DNA from: Thermodesulfobacteriota bacterium
GTDB lineage: Bacteria > Desulfobacterota > Desulfobacteria > Desulfobacterales > UBA11574
Length of the DNA stretch: 64,000 nucleotides
Reading direction: 5' to 3'
NCBI GenBank assembly: GCA_042573625.1
Contig: JBHPCZ010000002.1
Location: 9,896 to 73,895, forward strand
The notes beneath the pieces were generated by a model. It was not told where the DNA came from and made no database searches. It saw nothing but the letters and a program-made list of their open reading frames with translations. Made by a program: the position numbers and the translations under genes. This document shows positions 9,979 through 20,206 of the stretch, piece by piece. Position 1 is the first letter of the stretch. Each line of letters begins with the position of its first letter.

Positions 9979-10188
9979 TAGTGTCCCTCCAGAAATGAGG
10001 ATTTTTGTTCTATTTCAAGGCATGCGAAAAAAATAACCGCAGGCGCCCCGCAGGAAATGCCCTTGGGGTGCATATGTGTAATATTCCGAGGATTATTTTT
10101 TGAGCATAACGCAGAGATTGGGCCCCGATTAAATATTAAATACGGATTTAACTGGGCAAGCAAAAAGACCATTTGTGGATGGACACTA
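9979..10188. mobile_element. MITE copy 1 (210 bp), TA-flanked, terminal inverted repeats GTGTCC.../...GGACAC
   Basis: Ends TAGTGTCCCTCCAGAAATGAG ... GACCATTTGTGGATGGACACTA. The interior is about 90% identical to 61334-61478 apart from two extra segments of about 27 and 38 nt. Confidence 0.8.
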
Positions 10189-10202
10189 TCTATGAGGTAA
10201 AC

Positions 10203-11486
10203 ATGGTTACCGACCCCATGTTAAAGGCTTTGCGTTACCGCTGGATCATTTTCTGGATACTGGCGTTTGCGTATGTGCTTGTTTTCTTTCACCGGATGTG
10301 CCCGGCAGTGGTCGCTGTGGATATGATGAAGGATCTGAATGCCGGCGGCAGCCTCATCGGCTTTCTGGGATCCGCCTATTTTTATCCATATGCGCTCATG
10401 CAGCTTCCGGCAGGACTCCTGTCCGACTCCTGGGGCCCCCGCAAAACCATCACGCTCTTTTTTTTCGCGGCATTTGTCGGAAGCATTCTGCTGGGGCTGG
10501 CGCCTTCCACCTTTTGGGCTATTTTGGGGCGTACACTGGCCGGCTTGGGCGTCGCCATGCTTTTCGTCCCAACAATGAAAGTACTTTCTGAATGGTTTCG
10601 ACCCCGGGAATTCGCCACCATGACGGGAATTTTCCTGGCAATGGGCGGGATCGGATCCCTCAGTGCCACTACACCCCTGGCCATTGTCAGCGCCTGGATA
10701 GGCTGGCGCCTGTCATTCGTCGCCGTGGGAATAATGACCCTGTTCCTGGCCGTCCTGGTATGGAGTTTCGTCCGCGACCGACCGGCGGATATGGGCTGGC
10801 CGTCCCCATCTGAAAATGTTGAAGATCATTCGATGTCTGTCAGTCTGAAACAGGGATTCAAAACAGTCATCACCCGTCTCTCATTCTGGCCCGTGGCCAT
10901 TTGGTTCTTCTTTACCAGCGGCGTGTTTTTCTCCTTCGGGGGGCTTTGGGGCGGCCCCTATCTGATGCAGGTTTACGGACTCAGCAAGGCGCAAACCGGG
11001 CATGTCCTCTCAATGCTGGCCGTCGGTCTGATCGTTGGAAGTCCCCTTCTCAGCTACCTTTCCAACAGCGTATTTAAGGCCCGCAAGCCGGTTCTGATTC
11101 TGTCCAGTATCATCCTTCTCTGTTTAACAGCACTTTTGGCATTCTATACGGATCGCATCCCCTACACGGGTCTGTATCTGGTCTGTCTGGGGTTGGGGAC
11201 CTTTTCCTGCGCCGTGGTGGTCATCGGATTCACCACAACCAAGGAACTCTTCCCTGTTCGGATTGCGGGAACCGCCACCGGGCTGGTCAACCTTTTCCCT
11301 TTTGCAGGTGGAGCGGTATTACAGGTCCTTCTGGGCTATGTTCTAGAAAAACACGCCCAGACCCAGGGGGTCTTTACTCTGGCCGGCTATCGGCAAGCAT
11401 TCCTGCTCCTCTTTTTCTCCGGGATTATTGCATTGCTGGCCAGCCTCTTTTTAAAAGAAACCATGAAAATCCCGAATTCGATATAA
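10203..11486 (+). CDS. MFS transporter
   Basis: About 12 predicted TM helices and an MFS loop motif (GLLSDSWGPRKT). I start at MVTDPML (10203) because the ORF-track start at 10173 lies inside the MITE terminal repeat. Confidence 0.8.
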   Translation: MVTDPMLKALRYRWIIFWILAFAYVLVFFHRMCPAVVAVDMMKDLNAGGSLIGFLGSAYFYPYALMQLPAGLLSDSWGPRKTITLFFFAAFVGSILLGLAPSTFWAILGRTLAGLGVAMLFVPTMKVLSEWFRPREFATMTGIFLAMGGIGSLSATTPLAIVSAWIGWRLSFVAVGIMTLFLAVLVWSFVRDRPADMGWPSPSENVEDHSMSVSLKQGFKTVITRLSFWPVAIWFFFTSGVFFSFGGLWGGPYLMQVYGLSKAQTGHVLSMLAVGLIVGSPLLSYLSNSVFKARKPVLILSSIILLCLTALLAFYTDRIPYTGLYLVCLGLGTFSCAVVVIGFTTTKELFPVRIAGTATGLVNLFPFAGGAVLQVLLGYVLEKHAQTQGVFTLAGYRQAFLLLFFSGIIALLASLFLKETMKIPNSI

Positions 11487-11642
11487 GATAATAATTATGG
11501 AAGATAAATGGCTGCCTGAAGAGAAAAAGCCCTTAAACAGACAGCTTTGTGAGCACTCCTTCCGCATAGCGAGAGGCATCATAAAGTCCTCACGATGAAG
11601 GCCTCGTCCCTGATCCTAAAAATACTCGCCATTTTACAGTTA

Positions 11643-11803
11643 CCGAATATCCAATATCGAACAAGGAATGTCGAACGATGAAGTGTTCTCTTCTCTACCT
11701 TAGGAATATGACAGCGCCAACTTTCAAGGAAAATTCAACCCGAAGGTAAATACTCTGTTTTCCTTCCAAATTCGACATCGGATATTCGATATTCAGTATT
11801 GAA
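11643..11803. repeat. composite copy of repeat family A
   Basis: CCGAATATCCAATATCGAACAAGGAATGTCGAACGATGAAGTG (11643-11685), then an ACAGCGCC..TTTCAAGG..CTGTTTTCCTTCC core, then TTCGACATCGGATATTCGATATTCAGTATTGAA (11771-11803). Confidence 0.75.
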
Positions 11804-11934
11804 CACACTTGTTGCGTTATTTCTCTTTTGTTGAGGTACTTCGAAATCCTCCGCCAAAGATGGAGGGTTTAGGGTACAACTAAGGCGGCAATTAACTATC
11901 CGAGAATACATTTTGGACACTGAGGTGTTTCCAA

Positions 11935-13509
11935 TTAAATTTTGAAGCTTTCAGACATCCCGGCATACTGCTTTCTCAATTTCGGCTTTTCAATTTTGCC
12001 TGTCGGGTTTCGCGGCACTTCTCCGAAAATAATCCTCCGGGGTCTTTTGTACCTGGGGAGATCCTGACAAAAATCATCAATCTCTTCCTTTGAAACCGTC
12101 TCTCCCGATCTTACCTGGACTACTGCCGTAGCAATTTCGCCCAGGCGAAGGCTGGGAAGACCGATAACCGCCACATCCTGTATTTTAGGATGCGCCTGAA
12201 GGAAATCTTCGATCTCCACCGGGTAAATATTTTCACCGCCCGTGATAATGACATCCTTTTTCCGGTCAACCAGCCAGATGAAACCGTCTTCGTCCTGTCG
12301 GGCAATGTCTCCTGTCAAAAGCCAGCCATCGACAAGCGCTTCCCGGGTGGCTCCCGAATTCTTGTAGTACTCTTTCATAACCCCCGGCCCCTTGACCAAT
12401 AACTCTCCGGGGTCCCCCTGTGCGACGGGTTGCAGTTGATTGTCTACTATTTTAATCTCCCAATCGAAACCGGGTATGCCAATAGCGCCCACCTTGTGCA
12501 TATTTTCCATACCCAGATGAACACATCCCGGACCGGTGCACTCGGTAAGACCGTAGTTGGTGTCATACTGGTGATTGGGAAAAGCTTTCTTCCATTCCTT
12601 AATGAGGCTGGGCGGCACAGGCTGTGCGCCAATATGCATCAACCGCCATTGGTCCAGTTTGTAGTCATTTATTTTCACCTCACCGCTTTGGATGATAAAA
12701 AGAATATCGAGCGCCCAGGGAACCAAAAGCCAAACCACCGTTATTTGTTCTTCTGAAATGGCTTCTAAGATCCACCGGGGCTCAATCCCTTTGAGAATGA
12801 CGGCCTTGGCGCCCACGATAAAATTCCCGAACCAGTGCATCTTGGCACCGGTATGATATAGCGGAGGAATACAGAGAAAATTATCCTCGTGAGTCTGGCG
12901 ATGGTGGTGATTTTCAATAAAACAGGAAAATTCCAGATTCCGATGGGTCAGCAGGGTTGCCTTGGGCCTGCCGGTAGTCCCGGAAGTAAAGTAGAGGGCT
13001 GCTTCATCCGAAATACTGATATCAACCTGGGGATCGATTGTCGGCTGGGAGGCCAAAAACTCATTGAAGGGCACAGCATAATCAGGGCAGAGGTCTTCCG
13101 GGCCAACAAAAATATAAATTATTACGGTCTTGTCCAGATCTTTCTTAATGGCATTGATCCGGTCAATGAATTCTTCACCAAAAATAAAGGCTTTTGCTTC
13201 TGCGGTTTCCGTACAATGTTTGATGGTCCTGGACATAAACCGAAAGTTAAGAGGAACCGCCCATGCACCTGTTCGCAGGATTCCAAAATAGACGGGAAGC
13301 CATTCAATACAGTTCATCATCAGGTGAACTACCCGGTCGCCTTTTTTGATTCCTCGGGAAATGAGGGCCTGGGCCACCTGATTGGCTTGATCGTCAAATT
13401 CCTTCCAGTTAATGACCACTCGCCTGTTCTTGGCCGGTTCCCGTTCCACGAGAGCTGTTTTTTTTGGGTACATACGGGCATTACGGGCAAGTATTTCGGT
13501 AATCAGCAT
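11935..13509 (-). CDS. AMP-dependent acyl-CoA synthetase/ligase
   Basis: YFTSGTTGRPKA (AMP-binding), TGDIARQDEDGFIWLVDRKKD and GGENIYPVEIE motifs. Start placed at MLITEIL (13509), which has AAAGGAA 8 nt upstream. Confidence 0.85.
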   Translation of the reverse strand: MLITEILARNARMYPKKTALVEREPAKNRRVVINWKEFDDQANQVAQALISRGIKKGDRVVHLMMNCIEWLPVYFGILRTGAWAVPLNFRFMSRTIKHCTETAEAKAFIFGEEFIDRINAIKKDLDKTVIIYIFVGPEDLCPDYAVPFNEFLASQPTIDPQVDISISDEAALYFTSGTTGRPKATLLTHRNLEFSCFIENHHHRQTHEDNFLCIPPLYHTGAKMHWFGNFIVGAKAVILKGIEPRWILEAISEEQITVVWLLVPWALDILFIIQSGEVKINDYKLDQWRLMHIGAQPVPPSLIKEWKKAFPNHQYDTNYGLTECTGPGCVHLGMENMHKVGAIGIPGFDWEIKIVDNQLQPVAQGDPGELLVKGPGVMKEYYKNSGATREALVDGWLLTGDIARQDEDGFIWLVDRKKDVIITGGENIYPVEIEDFLQAHPKIQDVAVIGLPSLRLGEIATAVVQVRSGETVSKEEIDDFCQDLPRYKRPRRIIFGEVPRNPTGKIEKPKLRKQYAGMSESFKI

Positions 13510-13690
13510 AAGTATTCCTTTCGACCCATTCGTTTCCAGTCGCAAATAAGATATAAATAATGGTTTGACAGCGCATATCAAAGACGCCGCAAATGGTCAA
13601 GCCATGAAAAATCGCGCAGATTTATGAAATCCGTGGGAAATCATTTCTTTTCACGGAAGCCGGCGCGCCACATATTGCTGGAAGTCAAAC

Positions 13691-14470
13691 CTAAAGGATT
13701 TGGGACACGTGGACCAGAGAAGTTTTAGAATACTCAAGGCCTTTGGAAAACCGTTCAATGGCCTTTGCCGTCTCCGGAAAAGGATGGCCGATTCCGATGG
13801 CGCATCCAAATTTCCGGGCATGGTTTTTAAGAGATTGAAGTTGAAAAAGGATGGCCGATTCGTCGGGGATATTATCCAAAAAGATGTTTCTTCGGGAAGT
13901 GGTCATCTGAAGTTCTCTCGCAATTTTAAAAGCCTTGGAACGCCATGATGTGACGCTGTCAACGAAAAAAAGGTCGCTTTTCTTAACAACCCTGAGGGTT
14001 TCACTGATTTCCTTCCGACTTTCCGTGAACTTTGAGCCCATATGATTATTAACGCCGATGACAAAAGGCACATCGGAGAGGTTTTTTTCCACAGTCCTCA
14101 TGATCTTCCCCACCTTGTCTCCCACATAAAGGGCGCCGGGACCCGGGTCAAAACCGGCGTTATAAGGTTCCATGGGCTGGTGGAGCATAACTTCGTGTCC
14201 TCTGGTATGGGCTTCGACAGCCAGGTCTCTAGACTTGGGAAGTTGGGGCAAAATTGAAAAGGTAATAGGAACTTCCACATTAAAAAATCGTCTTGCAGCA
14301 GAAAAACTGAATCCAATATCATCGATAATCAGGGCGATGCGGGGTGGATAAAAAGACTTGCCTGTTTTAACCTCACCGGCAAGTACCCTTGAAAAACTGT
14401 TTAGGCTGAAAAGGCTCCCAGCCAACCAGGGCACGCTCTTCAATAAAAAGGTCCTTCTATCCATTTTCAA
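13691..14470 (-). CDS. divergent polysaccharide deacetylase family protein (YibQ-like)
   Basis: Signal/TM N-terminus, IALIIDDIG, HQPMEP and NNHMGS motifs. TTG start. Confidence 0.8.
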   Translation of the reverse strand: MKMDRRTFLLKSVPWLAGSLFSLNSFSRVLAGEVKTGKSFYPPRIALIIDDIGFSFSAARRFFNVEVPITFSILPQLPKSRDLAVEAHTRGHEVMLHQPMEPYNAGFDPGPGALYVGDKVGKIMRTVEKNLSDVPFVIGVNNHMGSKFTESRKEISETLRVVKKSDLFFVDSVTSWRSKAFKIARELQMTTSRRNIFLDNIPDESAILFQLQSLKNHARKFGCAIGIGHPFPETAKAIERFSKGLEYSKTSLVHVSQIL

Positions 14471-14806
14471 TCGTATTTTTCTTGACTTGATTAGGAGGGG
14501 CTAATTTCGTATTCAGGAAAAGATCCGGTATCCGTTTATGTTCCGCCGTCCTCACAACATCCAAATCGAAAAATCTATTTGCTCATACAACCTATTGTGG
14601 TTAAAATCAAGCAAAAATACAATATATTGATAAAATTGTTTTAAACGCGCCGCAACCCCGGTTTCGTCGGGGCGGGGAATATGATCGCTATTTCGGTTTT
14701 AAGCCAGGATACCCCTTACAGGGGCATCAACCGTGTTGGGACTTGCAAAGCTGAATTGTGTGTGTGGAGAAAGGGGAGACAAGGAAAAGATATAATAAAA
14801 AGGGAC

Positions 14807-15034
14807 TTATTTCTTTAAAAAAAGCCACCACATGAAGTAACAGAATGCGCCAACAGCAACAATAGCTGTTACATACGACATCCAATCTATAGGTCTTTCG
14901 GCTAAACCGGATTTGGTAACCTTCCCGACTTTCTGATTGCACGAGGTGCAACGATCGGCATTAACCGGGAGGTTGGTAAAGCACTCCGGACACCGCTTTG
15001 TTACCTGTTTTAATCCTGTAGGTTGTGCGCCCAT
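14807..15034 (-). CDS. small zinc-ribbon protein with C-terminal TM helix
   Basis: CPEC...CTSC pairs followed by the hydrophobic segment YVTAIVAVGAFCYFMWWLF. Confidence 0.45.
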   Translation of the reverse strand: MGAQPTGLKQVTKRCPECFTNLPVNADRCTSCNQKVGKVTKSGLAERPIDWMSYVTAIVAVGAFCYFMWWLFLKK

Positions 15035-15184
15035 TGGTGTCTCTCATATTTTGTTTTTTACATCTAAACAATACAATCGCTTCAAACTCTGGGTTGCCGG
15101 ATAGGCCGCATTCGACCGAATGTCGCTCAAGCGCTTTGTTCATCGTAAAATGAACGCTTGAAACATGACGGAAAAATGTACTTG

Positions 15185-15262
15185 TGGCGGGAGTGACGAG
15201 ACTTGAACTCGCGACCTCCGGCTTGACAGGCCGGCGCTCTAACCAAACTGAGCTACACCCCC
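15185..15262 (-). tRNA. tRNA-Asp (GTC), CCA encoded
   Basis: Reverse complement GGGGGTGTAGCTCAGTTTGGTTAGAGCGCCGGCCTGTCAAGCCGGAGGTCGCGAGTTCAAGTCTCGTCACTCCCGCCA. Cloverleaf folds, with anticodon loop CTGTCAA. Confidence 0.95.
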
Positions 15263-15348
15263 TAAGCGAATGGATTGATCACTGGCATTTCTTGCCAACT
15301 TTATTTGGGTAAAATAGCGGCAACCCGGCCAGCGAGATGTAAATTTAT

Positions 15349-15424
15349 TGGTGGGCGGAACAGGGCTTGAACCTGTGACCCTCGGCTTGTAAGGCCGATG
15401 CTCTCCCAACTGAGCTACCCGCCC
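15349..15424 (-). tRNA. tRNA-Val (TAC), CCA encoded
   Basis: Reverse complement GGGCGGGTAGCTCAGTTGGGAGAGCATCGGCCTTACAAGCCGAGGGTCACAGGTTCAAGCCCTGTTCCGCCCACCA. Confidence 0.95.
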
Positions 15425-15540
15425 GTTTATTATTTTACGACTTGAACTCGTTTATCCTCAAAGAGTGCTACAGCTAACAATTTAGTAAAATTTAGTCAAG
15501 ATTAAAATCACACCCAAAAATTATATCAAATCGGACCGTT

Positions 15541-17976
15541 TTAAATTAACGCTGTCGGCTGTTCCGTCTCTTCGGGCATCATATCAAATGATATGTCACC
15601 CTTCTTGAAAAGTGAATCTTCCTTATCCAAGATTAATGCATGGGGCAGCACCTCATCCATGTGGTGCACCAGCACGATCTCGATCTGTTTTAACAGCCTG
15701 GCAGGTATCTCCCTTAAGTCCTTTTCGTTTTCCTTTGGGATAACAACCTTCTTAATTCCTCCCCTGTGAGCGGCCAGAATTTTTTCTTTCAACCCTCCGA
15801 TGGTTAGAATTCGGCCCCTTAATGTGAGTTCGCCGGTCATGGCTATATCACGGTAAACAGGTCGCTTGGTTAGTGCGGAGATGATGGACGTGCACATTGA
15901 AATCCCTGCCGAAGGTCCGTCTTTTGGAATGGCGCCTTCAGGTATATGAATATGGATATCTGAATTTTTGTAAAAGTCCTTTTCAATCGACAGGCGCTCG
16001 GCTCGTGAACGGACATAGCTTACCGCTGCCTGGGCAGATTCCTGCATCACCTCTCCCAGTTTTCCGGTCATAATCAATTTTCCCTTTCCGGGTAGAATCA
16101 GCGTTTCAACATGAAGCAGGTCCCCGCCCACCTGTGTCCAGGCGAGTCCGGTAACAATACCGATCTGATCCGTTTCCTCGACTTGGCCATGCTTAAAGCG
16201 AGGCGGTCCCAGGTATTTTTGAATCGATTTTGCTGTGACTTTAAACGATTCTTTCTCTTTATGCTTTACGAGATCACGTGCAATTTTACGACAGACGGAC
16301 GAAATTTCGCGTTCAAGGTTCCTTACCCCGGACTCACGGGTATAGCGTCGAGTAATGGTCAGAATCGCATTTTTAGAAAACTTCAGATCTTTTCCTTCCA
16401 GTCCGTTCATCTGAATCTGTTTGGGAATGAGAAAATCTTTGGCTATATTATATTTTTCATACTCAGCGTATCCGGGAAGGCGAATAATCTCCATCCTGTC
16501 CTGCAAGGGAAGCGGGATTTCCGGCAGTGTGTTGGCTGTTGTTATAAAAAGAATATCCGAAAGATCGTAGTCAACATCCAGATAATGGTCGTTAAAGCCG
16601 TAGTTCTGTTCCGGGTCAAGGACTTCTAAAAGTGCGGCCGAAGGATCGCCACGGAAATCCATGCTCATTTTATCCACTTCATCAAGGCAAAACACCGGAT
16701 TATTCACCCCAACCTTTTTTAGGGACTGGATAATCTTACCGGGCATTGCACCGATATAGGTCCGCCGATGTCCTCGAATTTCAGCTTCATCCCTCACACC
16801 GCCAAGGGAAAGGCGAACAAATTTTCTTCCGGTAGCCCTGGACACAGATTTGGCCAAAGAGGTCTTTCCCACACCCGGGGGACCGACGAAACACAATATA
16901 GGACCTCTGATCTTCTTGACCAGAGACTGTACGGCAAGGTATTCCAGTATACGTTCCTTTGGTTTATCCAGTCCGTAGTGGTCCTCATTGAGTATCTTTT
17001 CGGCTTCTTCAAGATCCTTACGAACATGGGTTCTTTCAAACCAGGGCAAGCTGATCAACCATTCAATATAACCCCGCACAACTGTCGCCTCGGCAGACAT
17101 GGGGGTCATCAACTTGAGTTTTCTGAATTCTTGCCGGGCCTTACCTCCTGCCTCCTTTGACATCCTTTTCCGCTTGATTCGCTTTTCTAGCTCTTTAAGT
17201 TCGTCGGCGGGATCATCATCAGGTCCCATCTCTTTCTTGATGGCCCGCATCTGTTCATTCAGATAATAGGCTTTCTGGGTCTTTTCCATCTGATCCTTGA
17301 CGCGACCCTTTATTCGTTGATCCATCTTGAAAATATCGATCTCCATCCTTATCAAACGGAGAAGCAGAGAAAGCCGATCGTCCAGAGAACTGATCTCCAG
17401 CAAATTCTGTTTGTCCTTGATTTTAAAAGAAAAATGAGCTGCCGCCGTGTCACCCAGCTGCGAAAGATCAGAAATTTCGGAAAGGTTGTTCAGAAGATCT
17501 TTTGAAATATTCTTGTTCAGCTTGGCATACTCCTCGAAACTCTCAAGAATAGCCCTGCTGACCGCTGTCCCCTCTGCCTCCGACAACTCCGTCTCAACGA
17601 CAGGTTCTAATTCAACCTGAAAAAAATCGTCATCCTGGATGAAACGGTCGATTCGAGCCCGGGCCTTTCCCTCAACCAGGGCTTTGACCGTACCGTCCGG
17701 GAGCCGAAGGAGCTGAAGCACACTTGCAATAGTTCCCACGGAGTTGATGTCTTTTTCGGTCGGGTTGTCAACGCCTGCCTTTTTTTGAGTGGCAAGAAAT
17801 ACGTTCTTGTCACTATTCATTGCTTCAGCAAGAGCGTTTACAGATTTAGAACGTCCCACAAATAGCGGGGCGACCATGTGGGGGAATACGACAATATCTC
17901 TGAGTGGCAAGAGTGGAAACATCGCCTTGGGCGATGCAGGATTACCGTCCTTGAAAAACTTTGGTAAAGCAATCAT
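15541..17976 (-). CDS. lon: ATP-dependent Lon protease
   Basis: LON N-domain, Walker [10 protein letters not shown], and protease motif PKDGPSAG. Confidence 0.97.
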   Translation of the reverse strand: MIALPKFFKDGNPASPKAMFPLLPLRDIVVFPHMVAPLFVGRSKSVNALAEAMNSDKNVFLATQKKAGVDNPTEKDINSVGTIASVLQLLRLPDGTVKALVEGKARARIDRFIQDDDFFQVELEPVVETELSEAEGTAVSRAILESFEEYAKLNKNISKDLLNNLSEISDLSQLGDTAAAHFSFKIKDKQNLLEISSLDDRLSLLLRLIRMEIDIFKMDQRIKGRVKDQMEKTQKAYYLNEQMRAIKKEMGPDDDPADELKELEKRIKRKRMSKEAGGKARQEFRKLKLMTPMSAEATVVRGYIEWLISLPWFERTHVRKDLEEAEKILNEDHYGLDKPKERILEYLAVQSLVKKIRGPILCFVGPPGVGKTSLAKSVSRATGRKFVRLSLGGVRDEAEIRGHRRTYIGAMPGKIIQSLKKVGVNNPVFCLDEVDKMSMDFRGDPSAALLEVLDPEQNYGFNDHYLDVDYDLSDILFITTANTLPEIPLPLQDRMEIIRLPGYAEYEKYNIAKDFLIPKQIQMNGLEGKDLKFSKNAILTITRRYTRESGVRNLEREISSVCRKIARDLVKHKEKESFKVTAKSIQKYLGPPRFKHGQVEETDQIGIVTGLAWTQVGGDLLHVETLILPGKGKLIMTGKLGEVMQESAQAAVSYVRSRAERLSIEKDFYKNSDIHIHIPEGAIPKDGPSAGISMCTSIISALTKRPVYRDIAMTGELTLRGRILTIGGLKEKILAAHRGGIKKVVIPKENEKDLREIPARLLKQIEIVLVHHMDEVLPHALILDKEDSLFKKGDISFDMMPEETEQPTALI

Positions 17977-18064
17977 TGTTACCTTTTATTTGGATTAGAA
18001 GTTATTGGATAGATTTGCTTTTAAAACACCTATAATTCTTTACCTGTCATCAATCATTAAATTT

Positions 18065-19309
18065 TCAAGCCTGTTTTTTCTTCTGCTCATAAAGCAGGAT
18101 CGGGGCCTCTTTATTCAAAACAACATCCTCACTGATAACACATTCCTTTACATCTTCGATCGACGGAATTTCATACATGATATCGATCATGCAGGTTTCC
18201 AGTATCGCCCGAAGCCCTCTGGCACCAGATTTTCTTTCCATGGCCTCTTTTGCAACCGCCGAAAGGGCGCTGTCTGTTAATCGCAGATTCACCCCTTCGA
18301 TTTCAAAAAGCTTTTGAAACTGCTTAATTAAGGCGTTCTTCGGCTCTGTTAATATTCTGATCAAAGTGGGCTCACTCAGTTCAGAAAGGGTTGCGATCAC
18401 GGGTAGACGACCCACAAATTCCGGGATCAAACCGAATTTAATCAGGTCTTCGGGTAGAACTTTTTTCAGGAGTTCACCGGTGCTTTTATCCTCTTGCTTG
18501 ACGATATCCGCTCCAAAACCCATGACTTTTGATCCAAGGCGTCGCTTTATGACCTGCTCGAGGCCGTTAAAGGTTCCACCGCAAATAAAGAGTATATTGG
18601 CAGTATCCACCTTGACAAAATCCTGCTGCGGATGTTTTCTCCCGCCCTTGGGGGGTACACTGGCGGTGGTGCCTTCTATGATTTTTAATAACGCTTGCTG
18701 AACCCCTTCACCTGAAACATCGCGCGTAATTGAAGGGTTTTCAGATTTGCGTGCAATTTTATCAATCTCATCAATGTAGACAATGCCTCGCTTGGCCTTT
18801 TCCACATCATAATCGGCATTCTGGAGCAGGGCAAGGATAATGTTTTCAACATCTTCTCCTACATATCCAGCTTCCGTCAAGCTTGTGGCGTCTGCAATGG
18901 TAAAGGGGACATTCAGAAACCTGGCAAGCGTCTGCGCCAGGAGCGTCTTTCCGCAACCGGTCGGCCCAATGAGGAGGATATTGCTTTTTTGAATTTCCAC
19001 ATCCCCTGAGCTGATCGGAGAAGTGAGCCGCTTATAGTGGTTATACACTGCAACGGCAAGAATCTTCTTTGCCGGATCCTGCTCAATCACGTACTCGTCA
19101 AGCATTCCCTTTATTTCTTTTGGAATAAGGAGACTCTCGAGATCTCCTGCGTCTTTTCCACTTTCTTCTTCTATTATCTCGCTGCAGAGTTGAATGCATT
19201 CATCACATATGTATACTGCCGGGCCAGCAATCAGTTTTGTAACCTCTTTCTGATTTTTCCCGCAAAATGAGCAAAAGAGATTCTCATTCGCATCCTCTTT
19301 GTTGGCCAT
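18065..19309 (-). CDS. clpX: ATP-dependent Clp protease ATP-binding subunit ClpX
   Basis: N-terminal zinc finger CSFCGK...CDEC and Walker A GPTGCGKT. Confidence 0.97.
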   Translation of the reverse strand: MANKEDANENLFCSFCGKNQKEVTKLIAGPAVYICDECIQLCSEIIEEESGKDAGDLESLLIPKEIKGMLDEYVIEQDPAKKILAVAVYNHYKRLTSPISSGDVEIQKSNILLIGPTGCGKTLLAQTLARFLNVPFTIADATSLTEAGYVGEDVENIILALLQNADYDVEKAKRGIVYIDEIDKIARKSENPSITRDVSGEGVQQALLKIIEGTTASVPPKGGRKHPQQDFVKVDTANILFICGGTFNGLEQVIKRRLGSKVMGFGADIVKQEDKSTGELLKKVLPEDLIKFGLIPEFVGRLPVIATLSELSEPTLIRILTEPKNALIKQFQKLFEIEGVNLRLTDSALSAVAKEAMERKSGARGLRAILETCMIDIMYEIPSIEDVKECVISEDVVLNKEAPILLYEQKKKQA

Positions 19310-19310
19310 T

Positions 19311-19925
19311 TTATGCCTCCGTCTCTCTGGATATCTCCAGATCTTCTCGATTGATAATTACGCTATCTATGATCCCGTATTCCTTTGCCTCTTCGCCGGT
19401 CATGAAATAATCACGATCGGTATCAGTTTGGATCTGTTTTAAATCCCTGCCGGTATGGAATGCCAGTATATGGTTTAACGATTCTTTCATGCGCAGGATT
19501 TCCCTGGCCTGAATTTCAATATCAGACGCCTGCCCCTGAAATCCTCCCATGGGTTGATGGATCAGGATCCTCGCGTTGGGGAGGGAAAAGCGTTTTCCCT
19601 TTGTACCTGCGGTAAGTAATAGTGCCCCCATGCTGGCGGCCTGCCCGATACATACGGTGGATATATCCGGCTTAATGTACTGCATGGTATCATACACTGC
19701 CAACCCTGCTGTAACCAAACCACCAGGGGAATTGATGTAAAAATTGATATCTTTGTCAGGTTCTTCCGATTCTAAGAAAAGAAACTGCGCAATTAAAAGA
19801 TTTGCAACCTCATCATTCATGGCTGATCCCAAAAAAACAATTCTGTCTTTGAGGAGCCTTGAATATATATCATAGGCACGCTCCCCTCTGCTGGTTTGCT
19901 CTACGACCATAGGTATTAGTGGCAC
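19311..19925 (-). CDS. clpP: ATP-dependent Clp protease proteolytic subunit
   Basis: Ser-His-Asp triad context ([15 protein letters not shown]). 1-nt spacing to clpX. Confidence 0.97.
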   Translation of the reverse strand: MPLIPMVVEQTSRGERAYDIYSRLLKDRIVFLGSAMNDEVANLLIAQFLFLESEEPDKDINFYINSPGGLVTAGLAVYDTMQYIKPDISTVCIGQAASMGALLLTAGTKGKRFSLPNARILIHQPMGGFQGQASDIEIQAREILRMKESLNHILAFHTGRDLKQIQTDTDRDYFMTGEEAKEYGIIDSVIINREDLEISRETEA

Positions 19926-20206
19926 AAAAAATCTCCTCTGGTTAAAATGTTATTTTATCGCCATCCAAACCCATTGGATCTGAGATATCATTCCCATGGG
20001 ATTAAGTACGATGGTTTCTTAAAAAGTCAGGTTTTGCTCTCTCCGTGAGCAATTTTGGGATTCATAAATGGCCCGTCTAAATTTCAAAAACTCGAACTAA
20101 CGCCCTAAAACAGTTTGAAATTTTTAACGCCGGGCTCATTCTGAATCTTTGTCTCCCGCCAAGGCGGGACTCAATGTCGCTTATAAAATGACCTTTTAAG
20201 AGTTTA

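Noticed and set aside
9918-10172. 84-aa ORF sharing the peptide ALCSKNNPRNITHM with ORF 61333-61650
   Set aside because: The shared peptide comes from translating the MITE copies. The second ORF also runs antisense through tRNA-Ser(GCT). These are repeats, not a protein family.
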